From contig CAWBZV010000005.1 in the NCBI GenBank assembly GCA_963793305.1, positions 1,408,001 through 1,472,000 on the forward strand: a stretch of DNA of 64,000 nt. The letters run 5' to 3'. The notes beneath the pieces were generated by a model. That model made no database searches, had not been told where the DNA came from, and saw only the letters and a list, made by a program, of their open reading frames with translations. The DNA comes from an uncultured Gemmatimonadales bacterium. Its GTDB lineage: Bacteria > Gemmatimonadota > Gemmatimonadetes > Gemmatimonadales > Gemmatimonadaceae. Shown here piece after piece: positions 45,128 to 56,331 of this stretch. The number at the start of each line of letters is the position of its first letter. Position 1 is the stretch's first letter. Position numbers and translations under genes: made by a program.

Positions 45128-45544
45128 GTGAGCTTGTCCGTGTCCGTCGCCACCGAAGGCGTCCGCATCCCGTTGGCCCGTTCGCGGGTCGCCGAGATCG
45201 CTCGTACGGCGTTACGCGCGGAGCGCGTACGTGATGCCATGGTGTCGATAGCGTTCGTCACCCGGGCCACCATTGCGCGCCTGAATCGTCGCTATCTCGG
45301 CCACGGGGGCGTGACCGATGTGATCTCGTTCACGTTCGGCGATCCTTTGGTCGGCGACATTTATATCAGCCCGGACGTAGCCCGTCAGAACGCCCGCGCG
45401 CACAGCGTCGGCATACGGGAAGAGCTCGCGCGTCTCGTGATCCATGGCGTGCTCCACGTGACGGGACGCGATCACCCAGAGGGGACCTCGTCGCCGATGT
45501 GGAAACGACAAGAGCGCCTCGTCAAGCGAGTCCTGACCGCATGA
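45128..45544 (+). CDS. ybeY: rRNA maturation RNase YbeY
   Basis: LNRRY, TDVISF, GDIYIS, HGVLHVTGRDH. Confidence 0.92.
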   Translation: MSLSVSVATEGVRIPLARSRVAEIARTALRAERVRDAMVSIAFVTRATIARLNRRYLGHGGVTDVISFTFGDPLVGDIYISPDVARQNARAHSVGIREELARLVIHGVLHVTGRDHPEGTSSPMWKRQERLVKRVLTA

Positions 45545-46791
45545 CGCCGGCCGCGATCGTCTCCGCCATTGTCGCCGCCGTCGCCACGGCGATCGCCACG
45601 CTCTCCGCCGTCGCCGACACCGCCACGCTGGCGTTCGACGACGACGAAGAGCCTCCGAATCACGCGGAGCACATCGAGCGCAAACGCCTGCACCGGGCGT
45701 TCGCGCTGGTCAAAGTCCTCGCGCAGCTGACGGCGGGCGCCGCCGCCGCCCGCGCACTGGGGCTCCATGTCGGCGGCGGCCTCTGGCGCAGCGCCGGCCT
45801 GATCGTCGTCCTCATCGCGCTCCTCCTGGCCGAAGCCCTCGGCCGTGTGCTCGGCTCTGTGTTCCGCCGCCAGGCGACCGCCCACCTCGCATTCTTCGCC
45901 CAATGGATCGACCGCCTGCTCGCGGTCTATCTGGTCCCCGCCGCACGCCTCGATGCCTGGCTCAGTCGCCAACTCGCGGCGCCGCCACCCGACGCCGAAG
46001 CGCGCGAAGAGCGGTCGGAGCAATTTCGCGAAGTCGTCTCCGAAGTCGCATCGACCGAAGCCAATGTCTCCGGCCCGGGCGCTCAGTTGCTGGAAGGCGC
46101 GCTCTCGCTCAGCGCCATGGTCGTGTCCGACGTGATGGTCCCCCGCGTCGACATCCTCGGTATCAATGTGGCGACCCCGTGGTCCGAGGTCGTCGACCGC
46201 CTCCGCAGCGCCGAACACGCACGGCTCCCAGCGTATGCCGAGACGCTCGATGAGATTCGCGGCGTGCTCTACGCCAAGGATGCCCTGCTATCGGTCATCG
46301 AGGGCACGGAGCCCGAAGCCGGCTGGCAAACCCTCGTGCGCCCGGCCACGTTCGTCCCGACCACGAAGGTGCTCAACGCACTCCTCGCCGAGTTCCGCTC
46401 GACCCGCACGCACATCGCGATCGTCGTCGACGAATACGGCGGCACCGCCGGCCTCGTGACGATCGAGAACATTCTCGAGGAAATCGTCGGCGACATTCGC
46501 GACGAGCACGATGCCGAAGAGCCCGTCGGGAAGAGCCACGAAGACGGCCGATGGTGGGTCGCCGGTCGCGCCTCGCTCGACGACCTGGAAGCGCTCGTCG
46601 GCCACCAATTCGAGACCGAAGACCAGGCCACGACCGTTGGCGGCTGGGTCTATGAGAAGCTCGGCCGCGTCCCACGACCCGGCGAAGAGTTCACGGCCGA
46701 CGGCTTCCGGGTCGTCGTCGAACGCGTGCGTCGCCGCGCGGTCGAGCGGGTGTATTTCGAGCGGCTCACGCCGGCCACCTCGGACATATGA
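45541..46791 (+). CDS. CNNM/CBS/CorC (hemolysin-family) membrane protein
   Basis: DVMVPRVD, AIVVDEYGGTAGLVTIENILEEIVGDI, C-terminal CorC-like domain. Confidence 0.88.
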   Translation: MTPAAIVSAIVAAVATAIATLSAVADTATLAFDDDEEPPNHAEHIERKRLHRAFALVKVLAQLTAGAAAARALGLHVGGGLWRSAGLIVVLIALLLAEALGRVLGSVFRRQATAHLAFFAQWIDRLLAVYLVPAARLDAWLSRQLAAPPPDAEAREERSEQFREVVSEVASTEANVSGPGAQLLEGALSLSAMVVSDVMVPRVDILGINVATPWSEVVDRLRSAEHARLPAYAETLDEIRGVLYAKDALLSVIEGTEPEAGWQTLVRPATFVPTTKVLNALLAEFRSTRTHIAIVVDEYGGTAGLVTIENILEEIVGDIRDEHDAEEPVGKSHEDGRWWVAGRASLDDLEALVGHQFETEDQATTVGGWVYEKLGRVPRPGEEFTADGFRVVVERVRRRAVERVYFERLTPATSDI

Positions 46792-47714
46792 GCCCGTTCG
46801 CCCTCCTCGTACTCTTGCTGCTGCTTGCCGTGAACGCGTGGCTGGTCACGGCCGGCACCGCGATCCGATCGGTGAGTCGGATCTGGCTCCGCCATTGGGC
46901 GCAGCAAGGCGGGCACACCGTTCCCGCCGTCTCGCTGTACCTGTCGCGGCCCGACCAGTTGCTGCTCGCCGCCGGCATCGGCCTCACGGCCACGACCGTG
47001 CTCGCCGGCGCCATCCTTGGCGGCGAGACGTCGACCCACGTCGGGTTGATCGTCGCGCTGGCGCTCGCCGGCGCCGTGATCCTCGTCGTGGGACAACTGG
47101 TCCCGCGGGCGATCGGCCGGCGGTGGGCTAAGGCTCTGGTGCCAGTCGTCGTGCCGTCGCTCCAAGCCGTGGCCGTGTTGACCGCGCCACTCCTCTGGCT
47201 CGCCCGCGCGGCGAGAGCCGGTGTCGAGCGGCCGCGGGACGTCGTGGGCAATGTCTTCCGCGACGCGCACCGCGAGGGCGTGGGACGGGTCGAGGACCAG
47301 GCGATCGTGTCGAGCGTCGTCAAGTTCTCGGACCGCGTCGTGCGCGATGTCATGACGCCGCGCGCGGACGTGTTCGCGATCAACGTCGCGATGCCATCGG
47401 CGCTCGCCGCGGACGCCATCGCGCGGGCGGCCTATAGCCGCGTGCCCGTCTACCGCGGCAGCTTCGATGACGTCGTCGGCATGGTCCATACGTTCGATGT
47501 GCTAAAGGCCAAGGCGGGCGATGCGTTGCCCGTTCGCCCCATCGCCCGCGTGGTTGCCGACGCGTCCCTCACCGATGTCATGGTCACGATGCTGCGCGAT
47601 CGCGTACACATGGCGGTGGTCACGGACGCGTCCGCCCTTAATGTTGGTCTCGTGACGCTCGAAGACCTCCTGGAGACGCTCGTCGGCGAAATCGAGGACG
47701 AGCACGACGAATGA
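46788..47714 (+). CDS. Second CNNM/CBS-domain membrane protein (no CorC domain)
   Basis: GQLVPRAI, DVMTPR, YSRVPVY, GLVTLEDLLETLVGEI. Confidence 0.85.
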   Translation: MSPFALLVLLLLLAVNAWLVTAGTAIRSVSRIWLRHWAQQGGHTVPAVSLYLSRPDQLLLAAGIGLTATTVLAGAILGGETSTHVGLIVALALAGAVILVVGQLVPRAIGRRWAKALVPVVVPSLQAVAVLTAPLLWLARAARAGVERPRDVVGNVFRDAHREGVGRVEDQAIVSSVVKFSDRVVRDVMTPRADVFAINVAMPSALAADAIARAAYSRVPVYRGSFDDVVGMVHTFDVLKAKAGDALPVRPIARVVADASLTDVMVTMLRDRVHMAVVTDASALNVGLVTLEDLLETLVGEIEDEHDE

Positions 47715-48754
47715 GCGACCGGCTGCTCGATGAGTTCCTGGCCGGCCGCCCCGCCGCGCTCGCCCGTGCCGTCAGCGTCGTCGAAAACCATCGACCCGGG
47801 TTCGACAAACTGCTGGGCGCCGTCCACAGCCGGATCGGCCGCGCCCGCCGCGTGGGCCTCACGGGCCCGCCCGGCGCTGGCAAAAGCACGCTGACCGCCC
47901 GCCTTGCCCGCGCATACCGGGAGCAGGAGCTCGGCGCAGCCGGGCTCCATCCAACCGACCAGTCGAGCAGCGCTAGCGCTGCATCGACGCGCCGCGGAGC
48001 GGCGCTCACCGTCGGCGTTCTGGCCGTAGACCCGACATCGCCGTACACGGGCGGAGCGTTGCTCGGCGACCGCGTGCGCATGGAAGCAGTGGCCTTGGAC
48101 CGCGGCGTCTATATCCGGTCGCTCGCCACGAGAGGCGCACTCGGTGGTCTCTCGGCCGCCACGCGCGAGGTCGCTGATCTCCTCGACGCGTTCGGATTCG
48201 ACCGCATCCTGATCGAGACCGTCGGCGTCGGTCAGAGCGAGCTGGAAGTCGCGCGGACCGCGGACACGATCGCCGTTGTCCTTGTCCCGGAATCGGGCGA
48301 CGGGATACAGGCGCTCAAGGCCGGCCTCATGGAGATCGCGGATGTGTTCGTGATCAACAAGGCTGACCGACCCGGCGCGGATCGGCTCAAGCGCGACATC
48401 GACACCGCGTTGCACTATCGCCCGCCGGCGGCCTGGACCCCGCCCGTGATCCCGACGGTTGGCGTCACCGGCGTGGGGCTTAGCGAGCTGCACGCGGCGC
48501 TCGATCGGCATCATCAGTATCTTGTAGAGAGCGGGACGTTGGCCGCCCGGCGCCAATCGCGCCTGCGGGAACGGGTTGTGGACGTCGTCGACCAGCGGCT
48601 CAAAGCTCGTGTCTGGGACGACCCGAGCGCCGCCGAGTGGCTCGCGGCCCGTCTGGCGCCGCTCGCGGCGGGAGAGACGACGCCGTTCGCGGTGGCCGAT
48701 GAGCTGTTGGAACGGCAGTTCAACCGAGGATCCAAGCATGACGGTCACGCATAG
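47711..48754 (+). CDS. meaB: Acyl-CoA mutase-associated GTPase MeaB
   Basis: [16 protein letters not shown]...[24 protein letters not shown]. Confidence 0.93.
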   Translation: MSDRLLDEFLAGRPAALARAVSVVENHRPGFDKLLGAVHSRIGRARRVGLTGPPGAGKSTLTARLARAYREQELGAAGLHPTDQSSSASAASTRRGAALTVGVLAVDPTSPYTGGALLGDRVRMEAVALDRGVYIRSLATRGALGGLSAATREVADLLDAFGFDRILIETVGVGQSELEVARTADTIAVVLVPESGDGIQALKAGLMEIADVFVINKADRPGADRLKRDIDTALHYRPPAAWTPPVIPTVGVTGVGLSELHAALDRHHQYLVESGTLAARRQSRLRERVVDVVDQRLKARVWDDPSAAEWLAARLAPLAAGETTPFAVADELLERQFNRGSKHDGHA

Positions 48755-50429
48755 AACGGGATCATCGGCTACGGCTGATGACGATCGGGCCGAGCTCGAG
48801 CGCCTCCGTAAGGAAGTGGCCGCGTGGCGGGCTCAATACGCGAAGGGCGAGACTCGGGCTATCGGGTTCACCAATTCCGGTGGAGAGGTCGAGCCGCTCT
48901 ATACCGCGCTCGATGTCCCGAATGCCGACCTTGGTGTCCCCGGCGAATTCCCGTTCACGCGTGGTATCCATCCGACAGGCTATCGTGGCCGCCTGTGGAC
49001 GATGCGCCAGTTCGCGGGCTTCGGCTCAGCCCGTGACACGAACGCGCGCTACAAGTTCTTGCTCGCCCGCGGCCAGACCGGCCTCTCCGTTGCGTTCGAC
49101 TTCCCAACGTTGATGGGCTACGACTCCGACCATATTCGAGCGGAAGGCGAGGTCGGAAAGTGCGGCGTCGCGATTTCGAGCTTGCGGGACATGGAGACGT
49201 TGTTCGACGGCATCCCGCTCGACAAAGTCTCGACGTCGATGACTATCAACGGGCCCGCGATCATTCTGTTCGCGTTCTATGTCGCGGCAGCCGAACGCCA
49301 GGGTGTGCCGTCAGAGGTCCTCCGTGGGACCATTCAGAACGACATCCTGAAGGAATACATGGCCCAGCACGCCTGGGTCTACCCGGTGGAGCCGGCGCTC
49401 CGTCTGGTCGTCGATTGCTTCGAATGGGCCGCGAAGCACACGCCAAAGTGGAACACGATCTCGATCTCCGGCTACCACATCCGCGAAGCAGGCTCCACGG
49501 CCGCCCAAGAGCTCGCGTTCACCCTCGCCGACGGCTTCACGTACGTCGAGCGGGCCCTCGCGCGCGGCCTCAATGTCGATGAGTTCGCGGGCCAGCTCTC
49601 GTTCTTCTGGGACGTCCACAACGATTTCTTCGAAGAGATCGCGAAGATGCGCGCCGCGCGCCGCATCTGGGCGCGCCACATGAAAGAGCGCTACGGTGCC
49701 CGTCATCCGCGCTCATGGATGATGCGGTTCCACTCGCAGACGGCCGGCGTGACGCTGACCGCGCAGCAGCCGCTCAACAACATCACGCGCGTGGCCTACC
49801 AGGCTCTCGCCGCCGTCCTCGGCGGCACGCAGTCCCTGCACACGAACTCGATGGACGAGACGCTGGCGTTGCCCACCGAGGAAGCGGTGCAGGTCGCGCT
49901 GCGCACGCAGCAGATCCTGGCCTTCGAGACCGGTGTCCCCAACGTCGTCGACCCCCTCGGCGGCTCGTACTACATCGAATCGCTGACGGACAGCCTCGAG
50001 GCCGAGGCCGAGTCGCTGTTCGAGCAGGTGGCCGCGGTCGGTGGGGTCGTCCGCGCACTGGAGACCGGTTGGCTGCAACGCCGGATCGCCGAGTCGGCGG
50101 CTCGTCAGCAGTGGGAGCAAGAACAGCGTCGCCGGCTGACGGTTGGCGTCAATGCCTTCGAGTCGGAGAGTGGGGACGAGCTGACGATCCCGTTGCTCCA
50201 GATCGACGACACGGTGATCGAGCAGACCGCCCGGCTGGCCGCGTTGCGCGCGAATCGCGATGCCGCGCGCGCGGAACAGGCGCTCGCTCGCCTTACCGCG
50301 ACGGCCGCGACATCCGAGAACGTGCTTCCGGCGATCATCGATGCGGCCAAGGCCGATTGTACGCTCTTCGAGATCCGGAACGCCATGGAGAAGGTGTTCG
50401 GCGCGTATCGCGAGCCGATCTTTTTTTGA
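48738..50429 (+). CDS. B12-dependent acyl-CoA mutase large subunit, isobutyryl-CoA mutase (IcmA) type
   Basis: [38 protein letters not shown]; no B12 domain. Confidence 0.9.
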   Translation: MTVTHRTGSSATADDDRAELERLRKEVAAWRAQYAKGETRAIGFTNSGGEVEPLYTALDVPNADLGVPGEFPFTRGIHPTGYRGRLWTMRQFAGFGSARDTNARYKFLLARGQTGLSVAFDFPTLMGYDSDHIRAEGEVGKCGVAISSLRDMETLFDGIPLDKVSTSMTINGPAIILFAFYVAAAERQGVPSEVLRGTIQNDILKEYMAQHAWVYPVEPALRLVVDCFEWAAKHTPKWNTISISGYHIREAGSTAAQELAFTLADGFTYVERALARGLNVDEFAGQLSFFWDVHNDFFEEIAKMRAARRIWARHMKERYGARHPRSWMMRFHSQTAGVTLTAQQPLNNITRVAYQALAAVLGGTQSLHTNSMDETLALPTEEAVQVALRTQQILAFETGVPNVVDPLGGSYYIESLTDSLEAEAESLFEQVAAVGGVVRALETGWLQRRIAESAARQQWEQEQRRRLTVGVNAFESESGDELTIPLLQIDDTVIEQTARLAALRANRDAARAEQALARLTATAATSENVLPAIIDAAKADCTLFEIRNAMEKVFGAYREPIFF

Positions 50430-50989
50430 GTGGACCGCGCGGCTGTTTCGGCCAGCTCATCGGCTGCATAGTCGTTGTCGCGGCCCTCGGCGTCGCGTGC
50501 TTTGGGTTCGACGCCTACATCTTGGCTCCGTGGGCGCACGGCAGCGGGCCGTTGCTGACGCGCACATGGGTCGGCCAGTTCCAAACGCCGGAAGGCAGAC
50601 ATGGCGTGCTGGAGCTTCGACTGACGCACGTGATTACCGGTCGCCGCGGCCACGACTGGGACCGACGTGGTAGGGGACTCCTCGGCGGCACGGCCCGCTC
50701 CTGCGGTCTCGCGACCTGGCCGACCTATGATCTCGCCGGTTCGGCCAATCACTCGGCGGACAATGTGAGCATCGTGATCGCACCACCGCGCCCGGCGCCC
50801 AACGGGATGTACTTGCACGAGCTGCGCGGCTCTTGGTCAGGCGACTCCTTGCGACTCGCCGGAGTTCTCGCGGCGTATGCCGGCAACACGAGCACGTATC
50901 ACGGCGGGGCGCCCGACGAGAACCAGCCGACCCACTTTACGCTCCATCCAGGCACTGACGCCGACTTCGATCGCCTGTGCCACCAGTAG
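50426..50989 (+). CDS. Hypothetical membrane-anchored protein
   Basis: TTG overlaps the mutase stop; N-terminal hydrophobic segment. Confidence 0.55.
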   Translation: MSGPRGCFGQLIGCIVVVAALGVACFGFDAYILAPWAHGSGPLLTRTWVGQFQTPEGRHGVLELRLTHVITGRRGHDWDRRGRGLLGGTARSCGLATWPTYDLAGSANHSADNVSIVIAPPRPAPNGMYLHELRGSWSGDSLRLAGVLAAYAGNTSTYHGGAPDENQPTHFTLHPGTDADFDRLCHQ

Positions 50990-51717
50990 AATGGTGGAAG
51001 CGGTATTTCGACGGGAAGTATCTCCAGGAGTACGAGCCGATCTTCTCGGCCGCCGAAGATCGCCGGGATGTCGCGCGTCTCATCGAGATGCTCCGTCTCC
51101 CGGTCGGCGCCCGGATCCTGGATGTCCCATGCGGACAAGGACGCCACGCCAGGCTGCTCGCCGAAGCCGGATTCGACGTCACGGGCCTGGACTACTCGCG
51201 CCACTTGCTGCAGCTCGCCAAAGCCGACGGATCCGGCGTCCGCTACGTCCGCGGCGACATGCGCCGGCTATCGGCGCGATGGACGGGGAGGTTCGACGCC
51301 GTCGTCAATCTCTTCACATCGTTCGGGTTCTTTCTCGACCCCGCTGACAACGTCCGGGTCGTTCGCGAATTCGCGCGGGTGCTCGCTCCCGGTGGCGTGC
51401 TCGTGTGGCACGGGGCGAGCCGGGACGGCGTGATGGCGCGGTATATCGCCAAAGATTGGTGGCAAAGCAACGACGGGACGATGATCGCCCACGAGCGCAC
51501 GTTCGATCCGCTGTCCGGTATCATGTCGGTTTACGTCCGACAGGGAGACGCGGAGCGACAGTATCGCATACGCCTGTACACGGCGACGCGTTTGGCCGAG
51601 TTGTTTGCGGCCGAAGGGTTGATTGTCGAGGAGGCATATGACGGTTGGAGCGACAGGCCGCTCGGGCGCCGGACGACGTCGATGGTGCTAGTGGCTCGCC
51701 ATTCGCCTGCGACGTAA
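50977..51717 (+). CDS. Class I SAM-dependent methyltransferase
   Basis: ILDVPCGQGRH, GLDYS, GDMR, FTSFGFF. Confidence 0.9.
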   Translation: MPPVEWWKRYFDGKYLQEYEPIFSAAEDRRDVARLIEMLRLPVGARILDVPCGQGRHARLLAEAGFDVTGLDYSRHLLQLAKADGSGVRYVRGDMRRLSARWTGRFDAVVNLFTSFGFFLDPADNVRVVREFARVLAPGGVLVWHGASRDGVMARYIAKDWWQSNDGTMIAHERTFDPLSGIMSVYVRQGDAERQYRIRLYTATRLAELFAAEGLIVEEAYDGWSDRPLGRRTTSMVLVARHSPAT

Positions 51718-51729
51718 ATTTCCAACGGG

Positions 51730-52143
51730 ATGTCCAGACCAATCCGTGTGCTGGTAGCGAAGCCGGGACTCGACGGCCACGATCGCGGCGCCAAGGTCGT
51801 CGCCGCGGCGCTGCGCGATGCCGGCATGGAGGTGATCTACACGGGCCTGCACCAGACGCCCGAGATGATCGCCACGGCCGCGGTGCAGGAGGACGTCGAT
51901 GTGGTCGGCCTGTCCATTCTGAGCGGCGCGCACATGACGCTCTTCCCGCGCGTGTTGGAGCTCCTCAAGGCCGATGGGCGCGAGGACATTCTGCTCACTG
52001 GCGGCGGGATCATCCCCAAGGACGACATGGAGTCGCTGCACAAGCTCGGTGTCGGCCGCTTGTTCGGCCCCGGGACGACGACCGGGGAGCTCGTGACGTA
52101 CATCAAGGAGTGGTTCGCCGAACGGCAGCGGCAAGAGGTGTGA
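51730..52143 (+). CDS. Cobalamin-binding mutase small subunit (IcmB-like)
   Basis: GLDGHDRG (DxHxxG), SILSGAH, GGIIP, FGPGT. Confidence 0.93.
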   Translation: MSRPIRVLVAKPGLDGHDRGAKVVAAALRDAGMEVIYTGLHQTPEMIATAAVQEDVDVVGLSILSGAHMTLFPRVLELLKADGREDILLTGGGIIPKDDMESLHKLGVGRLFGPGTTTGELVTYIKEWFAERQRQEV

Positions 52144-53723
52144 CCAGCCGCCTCCGTCAGCTCAGCGACGAGATCCGATCGCTCGACGCGCGCATTGAAT
52201 CCGGCGGTGGCCCGGACAAGATCGAGCGCCAGCATGCGCAGGGGAAGATGACGGCGCGCGAACGCGTGGCCGGTCTCACCGACCCCGGCGCGCGCTTCGT
52301 CGAGATCGGACTGCTGGTCGCGTACGACCAGTACGAGGGCCAGGCCCCGGCGGCTGGCGTCGTCACCGGCATCGGGGTCGTGCACGGCCGCGAAGTCGTC
52401 ATCGTCGCCAACGACGCGACGGTGAAAGCGGGTTCGTGGTGGCCCGAGACGATCAAAAAGATTCTTCGCGCGCAAGAGATCGCCATGCGCTGCCGCGTCC
52501 CGATCGTCTACTTGGTCGACTCCGCGGGCGTGAACCTCCCCTATCAAGGCGGAGTCTTCCCGGGTCAATACGGCGCGGCGCGGATTTTCTACTACAACTC
52601 GATCATGCGGCACTATCTCCGCGTGCCGCAGTTCGCCGCGGTGATGGGACCCTGCATTGCTGGCGGCGCCTATCTGCCGGCGTTGTCCGACGTGATCATC
52701 ATGGTGAAGGGCACATCCTTCATGGGACTCGGCGGGCCGAACCTCGTCGAGGGCGCAACCGGGCAGTTGGTCGACTCCGAGAGCCTCGGCGGCGCGACGA
52801 TGCACACGTCAGTCAGCGGCGTTGCCCATTACATAGCGGATAACGACGCGGCGTGCCTCACGCACTTGCGTGCGCTGATCGACCGTCTCCCGCCGTCTGT
52901 TGTGTCAGCCGGCGGTGCGGTGCAGCCGCGCGACGCCAAGATCCTCTACGAGCTGCTCCCAGCCGATCACCGCATGTCGTACGACATGATCCCGGTCCTC
53001 AAGGCGATCGTCGACGATGGCCAGCTGGATGAGTTCCAAGCCGATCTCGCGCGCGAGCTGATTTGCGCTGACGCCCGCCTCGGCGGGATGCCGATCGGCG
53101 TCATCGCCAATAGACGGGGTCTGATCAAGGGCCGCGAAGGCGAGAAGCCGCGGTTTGGGGGCATTATCTACGCCGAGAGCGCCGAGAAGGCGGCGTACTA
53201 TATCGACCGCTGCGACCGCGAGGGGATGCCCCTCCTGTTCGTGCAGGACGTCTCCGGCTTCATGGTCGGCCAGGAAGCCGAGGAAGAGGGAATCATTCGC
53301 GCGGGCGCCCGCTTCGTCGAAGCGATGGCCACCGCGCGCGTCCCGAAGCTCGTTCTCACCGTCAACCACGCCTCCGGCGCTGGCTACTACGCGATGGCGG
53401 GGCAGGGCTTCGACCCGGATTTCATCTTCTCCTGGCCCACGGGTCGGATGGGAGTCATGGAGGGCGAGTCTGCCGTTCGCGCCGTCCACGGCCCCGCGCT
53501 CGCCGCCGCGAAAGCCGCGGGCCGCGCACCCGCGCCGGCCGTCACCACGGCGATCGAGGGGATGCGCGAGGAATACGACACGCAACTCGACGCCCGCTAC
53601 GCCGCCGCGCGCGGGTTCGTCGACGCCATCGTGTTCCCCGAGGACACCCGCAACGTCCTCATCCTCGCGCTGCGCACCTCACGGCACAACCCGGGTCCGC
53701 ACCTCGGCCCCTTTCTGTTATGA
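52140..53723 (+). CDS. Acyl-CoA carboxylase carboxyltransferase subunit (LiuB/AtuC-like)
   Basis: [38 protein letters not shown]. Confidence 0.9.
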   Translation: MTSRLRQLSDEIRSLDARIESGGGPDKIERQHAQGKMTARERVAGLTDPGARFVEIGLLVAYDQYEGQAPAAGVVTGIGVVHGREVVIVANDATVKAGSWWPETIKKILRAQEIAMRCRVPIVYLVDSAGVNLPYQGGVFPGQYGAARIFYYNSIMRHYLRVPQFAAVMGPCIAGGAYLPALSDVIIMVKGTSFMGLGGPNLVEGATGQLVDSESLGGATMHTSVSGVAHYIADNDAACLTHLRALIDRLPPSVVSAGGAVQPRDAKILYELLPADHRMSYDMIPVLKAIVDDGQLDEFQADLARELICADARLGGMPIGVIANRRGLIKGREGEKPRFGGIIYAESAEKAAYYIDRCDREGMPLLFVQDVSGFMVGQEAEEEGIIRAGARFVEAMATARVPKLVLTVNHASGAGYYAMAGQGFDPDFIFSWPTGRMGVMEGESAVRAVHGPALAAAKAAGRAPAPAVTTAIEGMREEYDTQLDARYAAARGFVDAIVFPEDTRNVLILALRTSRHNPGPHLGPFLL

Positions 53724-55054
53724 AAAAAGTCGTACGCGTAGGAGGCGGTCAGGGATTCTGGGGCGACGATCCCGACGCGCCGCGCCGCCTCGTCGAAGGC
53801 GGACCGATCGACTACCTGATGCTCGACTATCTGGCCGAAGTCACGATGTCGATTCTGCAGAAGCAGAAAGAGCGCGACCCGAAGGCCGGCTGGGCCCGCG
53901 ATTTCGTGGGCGCAGTTCAAAGCGTCCTGCCGTTTGTGGCCCGCGGTCTCAAGATCGTCGCCAATGCGGGCGGAGTGAATCCAAGAGGCTGCGCGGACGC
54001 CGTTCGCGGAGTCGCTCCGGATGTCCGCATCGGCGTCGTCACGGGCGATGACCTGCTGGGCCGCCTCGACGAATTGGTTGCCCAAGGTCACCAGCTGGCC
54101 AACATGGACACCGGTCAACCGTTGTCGACGGTCCGCGACCGGGTGCTCTCGGCGAATGCGTACATCGGGTCGGCGCCGATCGTCGAAGCGCTGCACAAGG
54201 GCGCCCAGATAGTCGTCACTGGCCGCTCGACCGACACCGCATTGACCATGGCGCCCCTCCGCCACGAATTCGGTTGGACCGCAACCGACTATGACAAGCT
54301 GGCCGCGGGAATTGTCGCGGGCCACATCATCGAGTGCGGCGCCCAGTGCTCTGGCGGCAATTGCCTCTATGAGTGGCGCGAGATCCCGGATCTCGCCAAC
54401 GTCGGCTACCCGGTCATTGAAGGCTCGCCCGATGGCTCATTCGTTGTCACCAAGCATCCGGGCACGGGCGGGCGCGTGTCGGTCCACACGGTCACCGAGC
54501 AGTTGGTCTACGAGATGGGCGACCCGCACTCATATATCACCCCTGACGTCGTCGCGGATTTCACGACGATCCGACTCGCCCAAGATGGCGAGAATCGCGT
54601 TCGCGTGTCCGGCATTCACGGCGCTCAGGCGACCGACAAGTTGAAAGTCTCGATAGCCTATCGCGCGGGATACAAAGCCGTGGGCACGTTGGTGTATGTG
54701 TGGCCCGATGCACTCGAGAAAGCCCGCGTCGCGGATCGCGTGCTGCGCGAGCGGTTGGATCGCCTCGGCCTCAAATTCGACAAGATCCTGACGGAGTTCG
54801 TCGGCGTCTCGGCCGCGCATGGCCCCCTGACGCCGTCGACGGATGCACCCGAAGTGCAGATGCGCGTCGGAGTACGAGCCGAAAACAAGGCGGCCGTCGA
54901 GGGATTTAGCCGACAGATCGCGCCACTGGTTCTGAACGGCCCTCCGAGCGTGACGGGCTTCGCGGGGGGTCGCCCGAAGGTCGAAGAAATCGTCGCCTAC
55001 TGGCCAGCGCTGATCGACAAGCGCGTCGTCCAAACCACGGTGACGATCGTCTGA
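53720..55054 (+). CDS. AtuA/DUF1446-family protein, N-terminal part
   Basis: [44 protein letters not shown]. Confidence 0.88.
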   Translation: MKKVVRVGGGQGFWGDDPDAPRRLVEGGPIDYLMLDYLAEVTMSILQKQKERDPKAGWARDFVGAVQSVLPFVARGLKIVANAGGVNPRGCADAVRGVAPDVRIGVVTGDDLLGRLDELVAQGHQLANMDTGQPLSTVRDRVLSANAYIGSAPIVEALHKGAQIVVTGRSTDTALTMAPLRHEFGWTATDYDKLAAGIVAGHIIECGAQCSGGNCLYEWREIPDLANVGYPVIEGSPDGSFVVTKHPGTGGRVSVHTVTEQLVYEMGDPHSYITPDVVADFTTIRLAQDGENRVRVSGIHGAQATDKLKVSIAYRAGYKAVGTLVYVWPDALEKARVADRVLRERLDRLGLKFDKILTEFVGVSAAHGPLTPSTDAPEVQMRVGVRAENKAAVEGFSRQIAPLVLNGPPSVTGFAGGRPKVEEIVAYWPALIDKRVVQTTVTIV

Positions 55055-55383
55055 TGCGCATTCCTCTCATCGATATTGCGCACGCCCGATCGGGCGACAA
55101 GGGCGACACCGCCAACGTCGGCGTGATCGCCCTCGATCCAAAGTGGTACCCGGTGCTGGCGAAGTACCTGACGCGCGATCGCGTCGCCCAGCATTTCGCG
55201 GGGGTGATCACCGGCGGCGTCGATCGTTACGAATTGCCGAACCTCGGCGCGCTTAATTTCTTGTTGCACGGCGCACTCGACGGTGGCGGCACTTTGTCGC
55301 TCAAGACCGACGCGCAGGGTAAAGTCTTCTCGACAGCGTTGCTCCGCCTCGTCCTCGATATCCCGGATGCGGAGGTCCCATGA
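55054..55383 (+). CDS. AtuA C-terminal-like small protein
   Basis: AHARSGDKGD.ANVGV, LNF, D.QGK. Confidence 0.85.
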   Translation: MRIPLIDIAHARSGDKGDTANVGVIALDPKWYPVLAKYLTRDRVAQHFAGVITGGVDRYELPNLGALNFLLHGALDGGGTLSLKTDAQGKVFSTALLRLVLDIPDAEVP

Positions 55384-56147
55384 TACATGTCCGTGTAGAG
55401 CGACGGAATGACGGGACGATCGGCGTACTGACGCTGGCCCGTCCGGAAAAGAAAAACGCGCTCGACCGCGCGATGGCCGATGCACTCGTCGCGGGCCTGG
55501 CGGAGTTCAAGTCGGACCAGACCGTCCGCGTCGTCCTCCTCGCGGCCGACGGCGCCGACTTCTGCGCCGGCGCCGACCTGGCCGCGCTCGGCGCCATGAT
55601 CGATCTGGGCCCGGAGGCGCACGTCGCCGACGCCGAGTCGCTGGTGCGGGTGTTCATTGCGCTGCGCGACTTGCCCCAGCCCGTGATTGCGGCCGTACAA
55701 GGACACGCGCTCGCGGCTGGCGCGGGTCTCGCGACCGCGGCCGACATCATCCTCGCTCGCGAGGACGCGCGTTTTGGGTATCCGGAGGTCCGCATCGGAT
55801 TCGTCCCGGCTATGACGCTCCCAATGCTGCGCCTCGCCGTCGGCGAAAAGATCGCGGCCGAGCTGGTGCTCACCGGTCGCACGCTGATGCCGGCCGAGGC
55901 GCTGGCGTTGGGTCTCGTGAGCCGCGTCATTCCGAGCGCCTCGTGGGAGGAAGGGATTCGCACGACGCTCGACCGCATCGCGTCGTCGCCCACCGGGCCG
56001 GTGCGCATCACGAAGCATCTGCTCTACGCGCTCGACGATCTCACGTTCGACGACGGCTTGCAGCTGGGTGTGCAAGCCAACGCCGCGGCGCGATCGACCG
56101 AGGAGTTCAGGGCTGGCATTCGCGCGTTTATGACACGACGGCCGTGA
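55380..56147 (+). CDS. Enoyl-CoA hydratase family (methylglutaconyl-CoA hydratase-like)
   Basis: FCAGADL, FGYPEVRIGFVPA; first catalytic Glu absent (AAGAGL), as in LiuC-type enzymes. Confidence 0.85.
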   Translation: MIHVRVERRNDGTIGVLTLARPEKKNALDRAMADALVAGLAEFKSDQTVRVVLLAADGADFCAGADLAALGAMIDLGPEAHVADAESLVRVFIALRDLPQPVIAAVQGHALAAGAGLATAADIILAREDARFGYPEVRIGFVPAMTLPMLRLAVGEKIAAELVLTGRTLMPAEALALGLVSRVIPSASWEEGIRTTLDRIASSPTGPVRITKHLLYALDDLTFDDGLQLGVQANAAARSTEEFRAGIRAFMTRRP

Positions 56148-56305
56148 CGCCACTCGCGACCTGGCGGGTCACGATCGCGATCGCCGGGATCGTTGTATTC
56201 ATGTGGGGCGCCAAAACCCAGAATGAAGCCGCGCGGTGGGTCGGCATTGCCTGCCTCGTCCTGGCCTTGGCCCTTCGATTCCTCGGATCCAGACGGCCGC
56301 GTTAG
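56144..56305 (+). CDS. Small two-TM protein
   Basis: GTGA overlap with the upstream stop; two hydrophobic segments. Confidence 0.55.
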   Translation: MTPLATWRVTIAIAGIVVFMWGAKTQNEAARWVGIACLVLALALRFLGSRRPR

Positions 56306-56331
56306 CACGGCGGCGTTAGCTTTCGGTCGTC

